In this document: piece by piece, positions 1 through 14,419 of the stretch
Layout of the letters: every line of letters begins with the position of its first letter
Numbering within the stretch: the first letter of the stretch is position 1
From: the human T2T-CHM13v2.0 reference genome, Homo sapiens
Length of the DNA stretch: 64,000 nucleotides
Assembly (NCBI RefSeq): GCF_009914755.1
Contig: NC_060934.1
Reading direction: 5' to 3' (one strand)
The notes under the pieces: generated by a model
Seen by the model: only the letters and a program-made list of their open reading frames with translations
What the model was told of the DNA's origin: nothing
Databases searched by the model: none
Program-made: the position numbers and the translations under genes

Positions 1-825
1 TAGGCCAATGTTCAAATGGGCCACTTGGCCCTGTACAAACAAGAAGCACCATTTACAGCCATTTATAACATTGAGAATTATTTCAGGCTTCAATCTCAGA
101 TAATAACCCCCTTGCTGAGAAGAGGATAGTCTTCCAGAGTGTTTTCTATTTGCCAGCTCTTATTCAAGCTCAAGCTTTCTGAACAACATTCTCTTTCCTG
201 ACTTTGTTTGCTGGAATTTTCCCAAATGCAGCCCATATCATGTTTCATCAGCTCTCCCAGAATCTAAACGGCACCAAGACTGGGTTCACCAGCAGTAGTT
301 GGACCTGGAGGCAGCGGAGCCAGGCCTGATTTGACCCATATCATGGATCTAAGCAGGCAGTGTCAAGCTGGAGAAGAGTCAGGGACTAGAGTCTAGGGAG
401 AAAGAGACCAGAGATCCGAAAGGACCCACGAGAGCATTAACTAGTCTCAGAGTCCAGGGGATGTATCTCGCCACAGGCCAAAGCCATGTTAATGGTGGTC
501 ATGGGGTGGCTGGAGGACTGGGGCCTCCCCGACCACCTCTCCAAGCGGTACTCGCATCCTTGGCAGGACTTCCCACCCTCAACTGGCTCTGGGGTCCCTT
601 CTTGCCAGGCTCCCATGATCAGGCCTCACAGTCCATTCCAAAGAGGTTGGTCTGCGGAGGCTCTGGAGCATGTGAGTGCACAGGGACGCGTGTGCACATA
701 CACATGCACTTGGACACTGTACTTAATGGAGGAGCTCACAGCGAAAAATCCGTGTTGAAAACTTTCCACTAACAGGATAGACTTTTTAAAAGACAATTAT
801 ACATTGTTCCAAAGAACTTTGTGTT

Positions 826-927
826 GTGATGGTTGCACAACCTTATGAATATACTTAAAAAACACTTTAAAGGGTGGGTTCTATGGTATGTAGATGATAT
901 CTCAGTATAAAAGAAAGAAAAAAAAAA
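826..927 (+). mobile_element. L1MB-type 3' end fragment with A-rich tail
   Basis: gatggttgcacaacc...aatatactt...ctttaaagggtg...tatggtatgt...tatctca followed by an A-rich tail matches the old L1M 3' terminus. Confidence 0.7.
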
Positions 928-3735
928 GGACTATGACTTAGAACAAAGTCCTTGCAAGAGTTGTGCCTGCCTTTGACAGATGAGAAATATGACTTGAGTC
1001 ACAAGGACAGATTTGGGCTTCCAGTCGCCTGTCTGAACATATACCTGCATGCAGAACAGGATGGGAAGATGGCACCTCATTCTCTGTAACAGTCACATGT
1101 GCTCCTGACCATTTTAATGTCACATGCTGCTGCTGGCAGGCAACCCCTGGTCCATAGCGTGGGAAAGGCCACCTGCCTCACTCTTAATCACCCCAGGCCT
1201 GGATGAGGAAAATCGATGTAATGACCCATAAGAGGAACCTGTTCATAAAGAAGGTCACTAAACACCTCTAGTTATTCTCTGGCTCTAAGGAAAGAAAATA
1301 CCATAAAAATCTATGGGTAGGGCATAACCCCGTGCTCCATTAACACATATGATTTGGGGAGGAAAAAGACTCATGGGAGCTCAGGCCAACATTTTCTTCC
1401 TCATTCCTGTCCACACCAAGTGCCCACATGCCAGGCACTTACTCGAGAAACACAAGAAGCCAAAGCATAGCTCGACATTGCAGACAAGCCTTTTTGTTCT
1501 CAACCCATTGAATATGTTGTTGGGAAACAATTTATTCACAGACTCAGATTTCCAGCATCACCGTGGTGCCTTCAAGGCCCATTTCTTCTTGGGCTGTCAG
1601 TTGCTAAGTGCAAACTCCAAGCAGCATCTTGAAATTCATGCAAATTCATGAATAAATACAATTTGCTCATTGGAAGCATGCCTTCGCCTTTCCCACAAGG
1701 CCACCATCCCCGTGGGCTGTGCTGTGGTCACTCCCCCAGCATGGGGTGGCCTGCAGCAGGCCCACAGACCCAGAGAACACAGTCCCTTCTCGCACGGCCT
1801 GGTCTTCAGCTTCCCTTTTCAGAATGGAATGCACACGGTAAGTTTGTGAGCCACGGAGGGAGGGGATCTGGATGAGCCATAAGGTCACACTCTCCGCCAG
1901 TGCTGGCCACATATTTCCTCCCCATTGCTCCACTCATTGAGGGGTTCTAACTTGAGTGAACCTCCAAGGGTCTGTGTCCCCGAGTTTGATCTGTCTGTCC
2001 CAGCACCACGGAGATGTTAGACATGGGATGCCACCAGATCTTGCGCAATGTCAGCAAGTCCTTGCTGGACATGCTTCATAAATGGTCCCATCGAACCCCT
2101 TGGTGCTTCCTTTGCACTGACACCATTCCCACTCCCGAAGAGGCCTGTGGCAGCAGGAGGTCAGGAGCTCCCTAAGGGAACCAGCAAAGGACGGCCACTC
2201 TTCTCAGCCCTTCTCCAATGTCGCACAGGCCCTGCTTGCCACAGATGGAATGCTGGCTAACTCAAGCTGACAAGCCCACAGACTAGACTTTACTGGATGG
2301 CCTTCATACCCGAACTCCTCATTGCTGGATGTTTGAATGTTCTGTAAGAATTAACTGCAAGACATAACCTGCGGCATCCTACCATTCACCGGGCTTAAAA
2401 ATTAGCAGTACTTGCCAAGTTCTGCATTTTCCTAAAAAAAAAAAAACCCAATCCAACACTAACCCCCAAAAATCTCATATTGTTTTGTTTTTCAGTAGTT
2501 ACTATGTAACCAATTAGTCTCTTTTGTGCTCTTGGTCTTGCTTTGGTTTGGGTAAGAGTGAACAGCATTTGAAATGAAGGCATTGTTTATTCACAAATCA
2601 AATAAGCTCCAGGCAGCTGCCCCAGTGGCTTCCTCATTCAGTTAAATTAATGCCCAAGGCCTCAGGGTGAACGGTCTTCTGGAGAGAACATGGGCATTTA
2701 TTTTCGGATTCTCATTCAGTGTTGGGTCTTTTAATGCCAGATCCTATTTAATATACTTGCGTTATGTTAAACTGTGTGCAAATTTATTCTATGGACTACT
2801 TGACGGAATTCTTACTGTTAAAGTCACACATGATTTGCACTTGAAAAATAAGGTCTTTCCTTCACTTTAGCAGCAATCCAGTGTTGCCTTTAGCGGAGTT
2901 TGAGCCCTGCCAGACCCTGCCATCCCCCTGAAGCCGGCCCTCGTTTTCTTATTTTCTTTCCAGTTGCGGAGGTCACTGCAAAGTATCACAGGCATTTTGT
3001 CCTCCACCTGTGAAACCATTTATACGATTTTTAAAACAAGTTTTTCATAATAACTGTTGTTCTTTTTAAGTATGTAACCAGCACTCCTTTCCAATATTGT
3101 GCCTTCTCATTCCACCTTGCAAGGGACAGACAGTTCTTAATAACGTGTTATTGAATTTTAGAACTGTTCTTCAGACTTTGTATTCTCTGGAAACACAGAG
3201 CTCCTAAGAGCTTTGGGTCCTGAAATCTCTGAGTCTGAGGTGAATTTTGAATCAAGCAGAGCCTCAGTGTCTTCAGCAATTCTATCTTAAGTCTCATTCT
3301 GCCTTTAACACGTCCTAGTCCCCAAACACAGCTCAGGAATGCTCAAAATAGCAGACACATGGAGATGGTGTGGCGACATTTTGTCTCCATCTCTCAACTA
3401 TCCTCCCCCTATTGTGGATAATAAGAAGTCACTTCCATATGTTTGAAATGTTGGGTCCATTTCTCTCCTTATAAAACTGAGGCTGTCCCAAGGGAAAAAA
3501 CCCTTATTCAAGCACAGGGCCAGGATATAACTCACATGAAACTTACTTCCTGCTCTCTCACATGATAATGTAGATCAGCTACCCAATCATGGCCATAAAC
3601 AGCATTTTCCTTGGTCCCTGAAATCACTTCCAATCAGGAATCAACCTGGTGAATTGCTGTTACTCTCCAAGCTCAAGAAACCTTGGCCCTCACTGTGTAC
3701 TTATGAGGTTTCTAGTTGTTCTGCCTTGGTGTCTC

Positions 3736-3772
3736 TGTCTCTGTCTCTCTCTTTCATGTGCTCTTTCTCTCA

Positions 3773-3805
<33 letters not shown>
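3736..3805. repeat. (CT)n/(CA)n microsatellite
   Basis: A CT-rich run followed by ~14 CA units (3776-3803). Confidence 0.9.
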
Positions 3806-3808
<3 letters not shown>

Positions 3809-3900
3809 AGAGAGAAACTCACATTCTCTCTCATGAGGGAAAGAGAGAGACAGAGAGAGGGGCTTGAAGGGAGAGGAAAATAGGACCTTGTGGCGATTTA

Positions 3901-4519
3901 TTTTTATTTTATTCTATTTTTTACTTTTAAGTTCAAGGGTACAAGTGCATGTTTGTTACACAGATAAACTTGTGTCATGGGGGTTTGTTGTACAGATTAT
4001 TTCATCACCCAGGTATTAAGCCTAGTATCCATTGGTTATTTTTTCTGATCTTCTCCCTCTTCTCACTCTCCACCCTCTAAAAGGTCTCATTGTGTGTTGT
4101 TCCCCTCTGTGTGTTTATGTGTTCTTTTCATTTAGCTCCCACTTACAAGTGAGAACATGCGGTATTTGGTTTTCTGTTCCTGCATTAGTTTGCTAAGGAT
4201 AATGGCCTCCAGCTCCATCCATGCCCCTTCAAAGGACATGATCTCAGTCTTGTTTATGGGTGCATAATATTCCATGGTATATGTGTGCAACATTTTCTTT
4301 ATCCAGTCTATCATTGACAGGCATTTGGGTTGATCCCATGTCTTTGCTATTGTGGGTAGTGTTGCAATGAACATACACATGCATGTGTCTTTATGGGAGA
4401 ATGATTTATATTCCTTTGGGTACATACCCAGTAGTGGGAATGTTGAGTCAAATGGTATTTTTGTCTTTAGTTCTTTGAGGAGTCACCGCACTGTCTTCCA
4501 CAATGGCTGAACTAATTTA
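3901..4519 (-). mobile_element. 5'-truncated L1PA (old PA, ~L1PA13-like) with 15-bp TSD
   Basis: T-rich tail, L1 3'UTR and ORF2 C-terminal remnant (ORF 4132..4425 -, ...WMELEAIILSKL...KYRMFSLVSGS). TSD ccttgtggcgattta 3886-3900 / ccttgtggctattta 4520-4534. Confidence 0.92.
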
Positions 4520-4878
4520 CCTTGTGGCTATTTAAATCCACCACACCACTGCTCCTGGGTCTACAACCGTTCTGTAGGACCACTTCACTTCTCTCTTGCA
4601 TCTTCAACACATCTCTCTCCACAGTTTTCTTCTGGGCATAAACACATTCGGATCTCCTTTTCCCAACAACACCTTCCCCCGGCCGTGCAGCCTCTACTAT
4701 GTGACCCTGAGCCTCGGTCTTACTGTGAATGCCATCCCACTGCCAAGTGTCTTCTACCACACCCTAGAGACAAGAAGGGAGGAGGCTCCAGTGCACTTCA
4801 GTCTCCTTTCCTTCCCTGCCAATTCCTCCCACTCCTTAAACTCTGATTCCAGCCAAAACATGGAATTTCCTCCCTTGA

Positions 4879-5203
<325 letters not shown>

Positions 5204-5779
5204 CACCACAATCTTCTTAATCTCAAATCCAACTGTGTCTTCTCAAGCCATATTTTCTTTAACCTTTAAATAGCAGAAGAACTTCCTCCCCAACATCAGA
5301 CTTTCAAGGTTTTCCTAATTTGCCAACGGCTCCAAAAGTCTTTCCCAAATGAATACTTCCCAGGATTCAAACTTATCCTCCCATCGCCAATGATTTAAAT
5401 CCCACCCAGCATTGCAGGTGGGGCTCCATTAGGCCTTCCCTTTGCCCCTCCGTATTTTCTCCTTGGAACAACTCTAACACGTGGTCTGGCATAAGCCTCT
5501 TACTTTCTCCTTGATGGCGATCCCTAGTTTCATCTCTCTCTGGCCAGATCCTAAGCTTACGGAGGGTGAAGACTATCTCAATCCTGTTAAAATCCCTGTG
5601 GATTGGGCCCAATGCCTGGCATGTAATGTCTGCAGAATGCTGAATGAGTTCATTTTCAAAATTAATTGTAACCAAAGTCCTTTTTTTTTTTCCTTCCCAG
5701 TTTCTGCATTAGACTCATTTGGCACAAGCCTAAGACCAAAGCTCTCAGTTTTAACGTGCAGAACAGTCCAGAGAGCTTG

Positions 5780-5910
5780 ACTTTTAAAATACAGGTCCCC
5801 GGGCTCCAACCTTAGATACTCTCAAGTTGCAGGTCTAGGGAGGATCCCAGGAGATAGCATTTTAATCAAGCATTCTAAGTGACCAGGACACAACCTGAGG
5901 AATGCTGCTT
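5780..5910. mobile_element. MER5-type hAT MITE, diverged
   Basis: ttaaaatacagg..cccgggctcca...ggtctaggg...gcattttaatcaagcattctaagtga resembles the MER5 core. Confidence 0.5.
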
Positions 5911-6022
5911 TACATCCATGATCCTCAAAGAAGCACTGCTATGAAATACTCATGAGAGTCAGCCTTCATGTCAAGTGCAAAATCCAGTCCTGATTCATGA
6001 AATTCTTAAAATGTTAAGAGTC

Positions 6023-6211
6023 CATATAATGGACTTTGGGGACTTGGTGGGGAAGATTGGGGGGAGGGTGAGGAATATAGACAACATATTGGGTACGGTG
6101 TACACTGCTTCCGTGATGACTGCACTAAAATCTCAGAATTCACTGCTATAAAATTCATCAATGCAACCAAAAACCACTTGTATCCTATTAAAATAATAAA
6201 TAATACATAAA
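6023..6211 (+). mobile_element. L1PB-type 3' end
   Basis: aatggactttggggact...ttgggtacggtgtacactgct...ctaaaatctcagaa...accaaaaaccac plus A-rich tail. Flanking taagagtc at 6015-6022 / 6212-6219. Confidence 0.85.
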
Positions 6212-6290
6212 TAAGAGTCAGTGGTTCAAACCTTCAAAAACCAGGGAATTTTTTTTTTTTTTTTTAGGTCAGACAGGCAAGTGTGATTGT

Positions 6291-6410
6291 CATTCAACAA
6301 TCATTTATTGAGGACCTGCTAAGTACAAGGCACTGCTCTAGGTTCTTGGAATAGGGCAGTGAATAACACAGACAAAGCAGAAATGTCTGCCTTCCTGGGG
6401 TTTGCCTTCT
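6291..6410 (-). mobile_element. L2 3' end
   Basis: cattcaacaatcatttattgaggacctgctaagtacaaggcactgctctagg is the L2 terminal motif, reverse orientation. Confidence 0.75.
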
Positions 6411-7428
6411 GAAAGAGCTGCCCTCTCCCGCTACCATGTTATCATTAAGATAGGGTTCAAAAGAGGATTGAGCAAGGCAGGGAAAAATCAGCTCCTGAAG
6501 TTTCCCATGTGATCAAAACAGAGTTTCCATAGCATGTGTAAACCAGTTCCCATGCTGGGTGGCCCTGGCCCAGAGTCCTTCTGGGTCAGCTATTTCCTTC
6601 TGCAACTGTCTACCTACTGTTGTGTCACTCTGCAGGCCTGGGCTCACTCCACTTGCTCATCAGGCCACAGGAGGAAGTATCATGCTGGTCTGTTGAATTA
6701 AATGCTCAAGTTCCCTTCAGGTGGATCATGGCCAGTGGAGAGGAAGGGCCAACCTCGGGGGGTTAACAAGAAATTCTTTTAGGGCCCCCACAGAGCTTCC
6801 CCTTCCCACCGTCTGTCCAGCAGAGGCCATGGGCTCTGCTGAATATCTCATATATATTGTCTGCTGCTATGGTTGTTTTATTCATCATTAGTTTTATTTG
6901 ATCCAACTGTTTCTTGAAGCCATCCACATCCAGCATGCAGATTATACTCGTATCAGATTTTCTTTCAAATATAAAACCCACAATGAACTCTGCTATGTAA
7001 ACAATTTCTCAGTACTTCAGATAACTTTAATAGCTTCTCTTTGAAAACAAAACCCTTAGTGATATTTAGACATGGGTTCCAGACAGGGCAGTTAATTAAG
7101 TATACCTTGCCCCTGGGAAGTTTCTCTGCAGCAAGGGCAGTGGGCTGGGCCCCATCCCCTCTGTCACCTCCCACTGATTTCCCTCATCACCCCTGAATGC
7201 TGCCTCCAACTCCAGGACACAGGACTAACTCCAGGGTCACTTGTCAAGAGGGACCACTGTCTTTATGGGACAAGAATCTGACAAACTCATCCAGTGCCCC
7301 TGAGAACATCAAGATCCCCTGACTTGATGACTAGAGTTCACTTTTTGCCTTCCAAAGGCTATGCTAGATCTTAAATGTTAAAACATAAACTAAAAAGTAC
7401 CTTCCCCAAAAGCTGATCCTAATCATTT

Positions 7429-8232
7429 TGATATGGACAGGAGGCAGGGAAATACTAGGTAGAAGATGGTGGGGTCCCTGGCGAGGGCTCCACCCTCAAG
7501 CTGGACCTGCAGACCTAAACGAAAACTTCACATCCCTGTTTTCCCGCCCGAATGTTGCCTTTTGGCCTACCATGGCCCATATCCTGTGCTCATAAAAATC
7601 CAAAGCTCCACTGGCAGAGGAGCAGAGCGCTGTGGCAGAAAAGGAGAGAAGAGAAGAAGTGTCCAAACATCAAGAGGAGAAGAGGCAGCTGGATGTCAGA
7701 GACTACGGTCACAGAATTTGGCCAAGGTCAGTTGGAGAAGAGTTCAGTCCCCAGCTGAACTCCAGGGAAGATTATCTTCCCACTCCATCCCCTTTCCAGC
7801 TCCACATCCCACTGAAAGCCACTTCCACCACTCAATAAAATCTCCACATTCACCATCCTTCAAGTCCATGTGACCTCATTCCTCTTGGGCACTAGACAAG
7901 GACCCAGGTGCGGGTGCAAGAAGCTGTCACAGTGACCCTCCACTGAGCTGTGTAACACTTAGCCATCCACAGACAGCACATACTAAAAGAGCACTGATTG
8001 TAACACACACCCTCTGGGGCTCCAGAGGTTGCTGGCAACCCCTAGACATTGCTGTGGGCTGGTATGGGGGTTTGTTCCTGCCAGTGCCCAAAGGCACTCG
8101 CCCCAGCTCCTGCACCCACTCACATGCATGCACCACCCACCATAAGGGGTTTGAGCACGTGGAAGCAGCTGAGCAAAGGAGCCACCCCTGCTGCAAGTCC
8201 CACCAGAGGGTAAAGGGAACTCTCCTGTCTCA
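7429..8232 (+). mobile_element. Solo ERV1 LTR (LTR1-like), ~804 bp
   Basis: TG...CA termini (tgatatggacaggaggcagggaaatact ... gggaactctcctgtctca), 4-bp flanks attt/attg, TATA-like cataaaaa at 7591, AATAAA 7834-7839. Confidence 0.85.
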
Positions 8233-11200
8233 ATTGCTAATCAAAGGCCTCCATGAGCAACATGGAAGTATAGGACAGGAAGAGACTCACCACCACGGTT
8301 ATCTGCTATGTGATGCTGAGCCTGTCTTGATAGGAATTCCACTAAAAGGACAAATCCAAGGAGAATTCTTAACATGTTTTAAGCATCTACTAGGTGTGTG
8401 TCATTGAAAAGGAAGTGGGGCAATGAACTCCATTCTCTCTCTGGGTTACACTACTCACAAATGTCTTCTCTTTACTTTCAAGTTCTCTATTGAGATAATT
8501 CATGTAAAATGCCTGTAATATGACCAGGTATCATACCTACTCAACAGATGGTGTTTCAATTTGCTCTTCTAAATTTCTGTGTTTTGGACCAAACCAAAGG
8601 AAACCTGTACCCTATTTGTTACTAAGTAATGGAGCAGAAGTCTCTTTGGACTCCATTTTCCCCTCTAAGCATTTAAAATACAGGCTCCCTACCCCATGAC
8701 TTTTCATGGAAATTTATTCACATTCATTAAGGCTTTGGGAATTTTGAATTAAAAACTCAGGGAAGCTCAGATTCAATTCTCCAATAAGCCTCCGCTTTTT
8801 TCAACCCGGTCTTAATAAATCAAATAAAATAACCCACACTGTTTATGTAAATGTAAACCTATTGGTTCATAAAAGTGGGCTCAGATAAGCAAGAAAACCC
8901 CAAGAGTTTAGACCAGACAAAGAACTTCCCCTAAAAGCTTATCTGTTCTCCAGGGGCCTTGACTTCAACAGCTGCTGTAACCTCCTGTCTAAAAATCCTG
9001 GTAGAATGCATTTGGAATTTTCAATATTCACAGGACACATCATCCTTTTGCTAACACATCCCAGCCAGGTCTCCAAAGTCACCCTCACAGTATTTGCAGG
9101 CTAATCTTTCTACGTTTACTTATAAAAGCTGTCAATTAGGAAAACCTCTCTCCCTGACAGTCAGGAACTGCATCCTATTTTCATGTACATAGACACACAA
9201 TGAATCACAGGCTTTACTAATCCTTTAAGAGTGTTAGAGGTCCCAGGGGACTGTTAGAATGAAAGCAAAACCTGCCCTGGATTATGCTATTTCCGACTAA
9301 TCCTAGGAAAATGAATGTTAATTTATCATGAAAAAGGGTTAATTATGCATTTATTTCCGACGTAGGTACATGAGATCAGGCTCAGAAATAATACGGAGTA
9401 TAATTCTCTTTTAAATGAGGATTCCATTTTAAGCATTTTTATCAAACAGACGCTAAACTCGGAGCAACTGTACCAAAGAAAAAGAGTAGCTTGGTAATGA
9501 CAAGACCCAACTATAATTTTAATTAACCTTCTGATCCGGCTTAAATATATTTTGCCTTGTAAAAATCTGTAATAACATCTATTTCAATCTCCTCTGCTAT
9601 TAGTTATTAAATTGAAAATGGATGCCTAGACTGATTTGGCAAAGATATTCAAGAAATTTTTCTTTATTCTCTCTGGTTTATTAAAGTAATAATTTGTAGC
9701 ATAAAATTTCTCTGATTAAGTAATTTCGTGTAATTAAATCACCAGATTTATTAGGCTTCCTGAAACAGCACATACACAGCTGGAATGATGGTGACTGTTA
9801 GCCGCTGCTGAGACAGAAGCACATGTTGGCAGCGGCTTTCCTTGAATTTTCCTTCTGCTCAGATCAAGGAGTCATCGGTTTCACCTGCCATCTCCCATGG
9901 TCTCTGAGGTTCTGAAGGCTACTACCTACTGAGTCACTCCTGCTCACAATTAAAGAGGAGTCCTCATGAGAGGTCACTCTGCTGGTATCAGTGTGGTATC
10001 AGCAGAGGGAGGCGCAGCAAAGGAACTCTGTTTAGCCCCGATACAATCATTGCATGCCCAGCTTGGTGGTTTTTCTTCTTCCCTGTCCTGTAATCACTCA
10101 GATCCCCAAAGCTCCATTCTGAATGCTTCCCTTGTCCCTAGAATACACGTCAAGTCCTTCCACGGTGTTTACCCTCAGCCCTGAGAACTCTTCAGAAGAT
10201 GAGACCCGGTTAAATGTTCCCAATTCTATCATCTTTACAAAGCCTTTGGAGTTTTGCTGGAGGACGAGCAGGAGCCAGGATTACTTATGAGTATTAATAA
10301 AACATACAATTCCTAATCCCTCTGCTGTGCCGTTTGCTCACGACAACTGACACACTAGACATTAGAGGTAAGACAAGGGAGCTGACGTATACCCACCCAT
10401 CCATCTGCCCACCTACTCGGGAAATATTTACCAAGAGCCTATGATCTGTTCCCCATTGAAGTGGTATGGGAGAGCAATGAAGGCCCAGGAACCCTACTCT
10501 CAATAGGGTCAGAGTCCATTAAGGAAGGCAGATATAGAGACTAAAAATTACTGTACAAATAGTAAGGCTGTCAATGAGAGATGAGGAGGAACTCCAGATT
10601 CAGTGGGAATAGGGGATGCAAAGGCTTCCAAGAGGAAACGGCACTTGAGTCCCTTCTTGAAGGAAGAATGGGTTGGGGGGCAGAGGGTTCAGAGAAGGAG
10701 GGCTAGGCTGAACGGGATGAATGCAGGAGGCGGCCAGGCAGGGCACATCTGGGGAATTCTAGTAGCTCCGACTGGCTGGGGGACAGGCATGTGTAAGTGG
10801 AAAGTGGAGGGTCAGCAGGACTCAGCAGATATATGGCTGTGTGTCCAGGCCGAGGTGTGGGGGCCTTATCCTCACTGAGTGGGGCAGTCGCCACCTGAGG
10901 GTGCCCACGCCCCAGCACCTCACAGTGGGAGCAGACCCGCTGGCTCAGTTTGCACTTTGGAACATCTCTGGCAGTCATGGGGAGGTAGGTCTAAGAAAAT
11001 GCATAGTCAGAAGCCAAGAGCCCCTTGCGAGACTGCTGCAGACACCCAGAGGTATAAGAATATAAAACTGACATGAAATCATCCTGAATGGGCTTCGAGC
11101 GGAGGTCTGCTTTAAAGGAGACAACAGTAATCTGGATACAGAAATTCTCCTCTCATAACACACGCATTTGTGGAATATATTCTATGTGCCTGGTATTGAA

Positions 11201-11774
11201 AGCAAGTACTTCTTTTTTTAAATTGGAAATTGCTGTATGTTAAGTTTCTTACATCAATACACATTTAAAAGCACTTCCACATAGATGATTCCATCTCATC
11301 CTCACCTGAGCAGCCGTGGAGACTGGGCACACCTCAGAACCTGGGGACCAGTGCTGTGGGACCACTGCTTTTCCTGGTGGCTGAGCTCATGCTGTCTGCC
11401 GTCCCAGTATGGGAGAGGCTGAATGACAGTCCTAAGGCTGTGTTGATTGGAGGGTTGATGGGGGTATGATGTGGCTTTCATTTGACAGATAAAGACAATG
11501 AGGCACCAAGGGTCCAGTGTCACACCTGCCAAGGGGGCTGAGGCAACATGCCCCCTTCTAATTTTCCTAGTTCCGCCATTTCTCCTACACAACATTGCCT
11601 CTGGCATATGGTACACTTTATATTTTAACCCATATATGATGAAGAGTATACCTATTGCTTTCACCGTATGCCTTTCCAATAACTATTCATCGTTTTTAAG
11701 GGCACAAGATAGGACTATAACTCCCAAGGGATTCAGAAAGTCTCCTCTATTCTAAACGGAGGCCTAGAAACTGA

Positions 11775-12205
<431 letters not shown>

Positions 12206-14419
12206 CTAGGTCTGCCAACCCTGGTCTTTTCAACAAATTAGGCCTTCTCAAAAAAAAAAAATTGCTTTGCCCTTTCTCTGCAAGCCTACAAAAAGTGATT
12301 GTGTCCTTGTGAGCTAAAATATGATTCCAGTATATTTTTGGTCTATATAAATTTGCCATGTAACCAAGTAACACTTTTCAGCTTCAGATATGTCTATATT
12401 TCAGAAAAGAGTGCTAAGTGGAATCTAACGGACAAAATGAGCTAATTTTGTGAATCTTCCAACTAGTCTTTTCCCTGCATTCTTCTCTTTAATAACCTAT
12501 AAATTTTAGTCACGAGAATCATTCTTCAGCGTCTGGGGCAGTAAAACTCTTGCTAAAAATCAATAGTCTGCCTACTTTTAAGACTTCAATGTGTTGTTAG
12601 GCAGCAGAGGCCTTTCTTTATAAAACTCCATAATGACCTAAAACAGATTTGATTCTAGAAATCAGAATTCTCACACTAATAGGCTTCCATTTAAGAAGGC
12701 TCTCATAGCTGACAACAGACTACCAAATGGGTTAGATTTTTCAATTTTATACCTTAGTCCATAAGTGCTAATTTCTCAGTGGAACAGTCAGATAATATAC
12801 TACTAGAGATTACTGAAACCTCTAGTCACAGCTCTGAATTATTAATTTAAAAGGTTATGCACCAGTGCTAACATAAATTATCTTTAAAAACTATCTATAT
12901 GGGTAACATTTTAATAAGCTTTAAAACATGATTTTTCTCTCTCAACGTTGAAAGCAAAATATAATATAGAATTGGCTCTGAGTGAGCTATGGATTTATTG
13001 TATTTTTTCCAAAAGATTTGCACCACCGTTCCTTATAACTGATGAGAAAGGCCCCACCACGGATCCTGCCTGCAAATGCGCTGTCCTAATCAGTTTAAAG
13101 GGGCAGGTGCACAGTCCTTGCTCCCTCTTTCGTAGGACTCAAAATGAAATCTCACTCAGGCATACCCCGTGTGTTGCGGCTTCTTTCTTCCGCAACCTGT
13201 TAGAAACCCTGTACATGGCATTTAAGCTTCACCTGGGCACATCACCAGGAAGACGAAGGATGCAGTCAGGCCCCAAGGGAAGCAAATAAAATACCAACAC
13301 TGCGGCAGCCGGCAGAAATGTCAGCTTTCCTCCAGGTTAATAGTGTTTGTTCTGTGCCTAGTGTGGAATGCTTTACCCTCAACATGGTGCCATATCCTTG
13401 GGAAAGAGGATAACTTGGAGGAAATATGTGACTTCTTAGCTGTCTAACTACGTCCCAGCTCCAAGAGATGGCTTGACATTTATCAGGAAGCCTGAGCAAG
13501 CAGGAGCTCAGCAGGCTGCCTTCCGCCAAGGACAGAAGGAGGAGGAAAAAATGCAATGTTAGATTACCATGCATAGATCATTAAAGGGCGAGATTAATGT
13601 TAGTTGATTTTATGCTCGTTACAATCCTCGCCTGGGAACCCCATCCAGAATTTTCTCGCTAGCTTTGCTTCGTAAGCTACATTCAAAGCTTCAGAAAAAT
13701 CGGCAAGGTAGCCAGCCCAGACCTCTACCATCGTCAGGGTCCCTTTGTTTGGCATTGTCCTATCATGGGGAAAGGGTGACCTCCCACCCCTCACCAAGGG
13801 ACTGCTCCATGACCATAGTTACAAAATGTAAACGTCAATATGGTAATAAAAGGAAACAAAGCATTCAGCAGCACTGCTTTTCAAATTCAGGAGGAAATGA
13901 AAGTCTTGGTTATTCTCCTTTTATCTGTATTGCCTTATTTTCCAAAGGGACCTACCCATTTCAACTTTGCAGGACCTAAGCATGAAGTCGAAAAGCAGGC
14001 CCGCATGTGAGGTGGAGTTCCCAGCTGGTTACCAAATGATCTGTCTTCAGCTTTTTCCTAAGTGAATTAAAAAAAAAATAGGGGCTACTAATGTCTGATG
14101 CAGGCTGATCGTTTCCGCCACAAACAATGCAGCAAATGCAGTATTATTTGGAAAAGATGACAAACAGAATTGTTAATTTATCAGCAGAAAGAGTATGAAC
14201 CTATGCTTTTATAGCCCAAGGATTTTAAAGCTATAAATGTCACATGTTTGTGAAAAATGTCGATCTGCCAATATTTACTAAGAGCCTACTATGTGTCGGC
14301 GCTCTGAAAAAAGTATGTGACATGTTTAGACCTTGGGAAGATGGAACAAAAGTGCCTGCATGAACACTTAAGGACTCTCAAAGGCATCCACTCATTCCTC
14401 TCTTCCATCTTTCACTTCT

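Noticed and set aside
4132-4425. 97-aa ORF resembling L1 ORF2 C-terminus
   Set aside because: Remnant of a 5'-truncated L1, not a gene.
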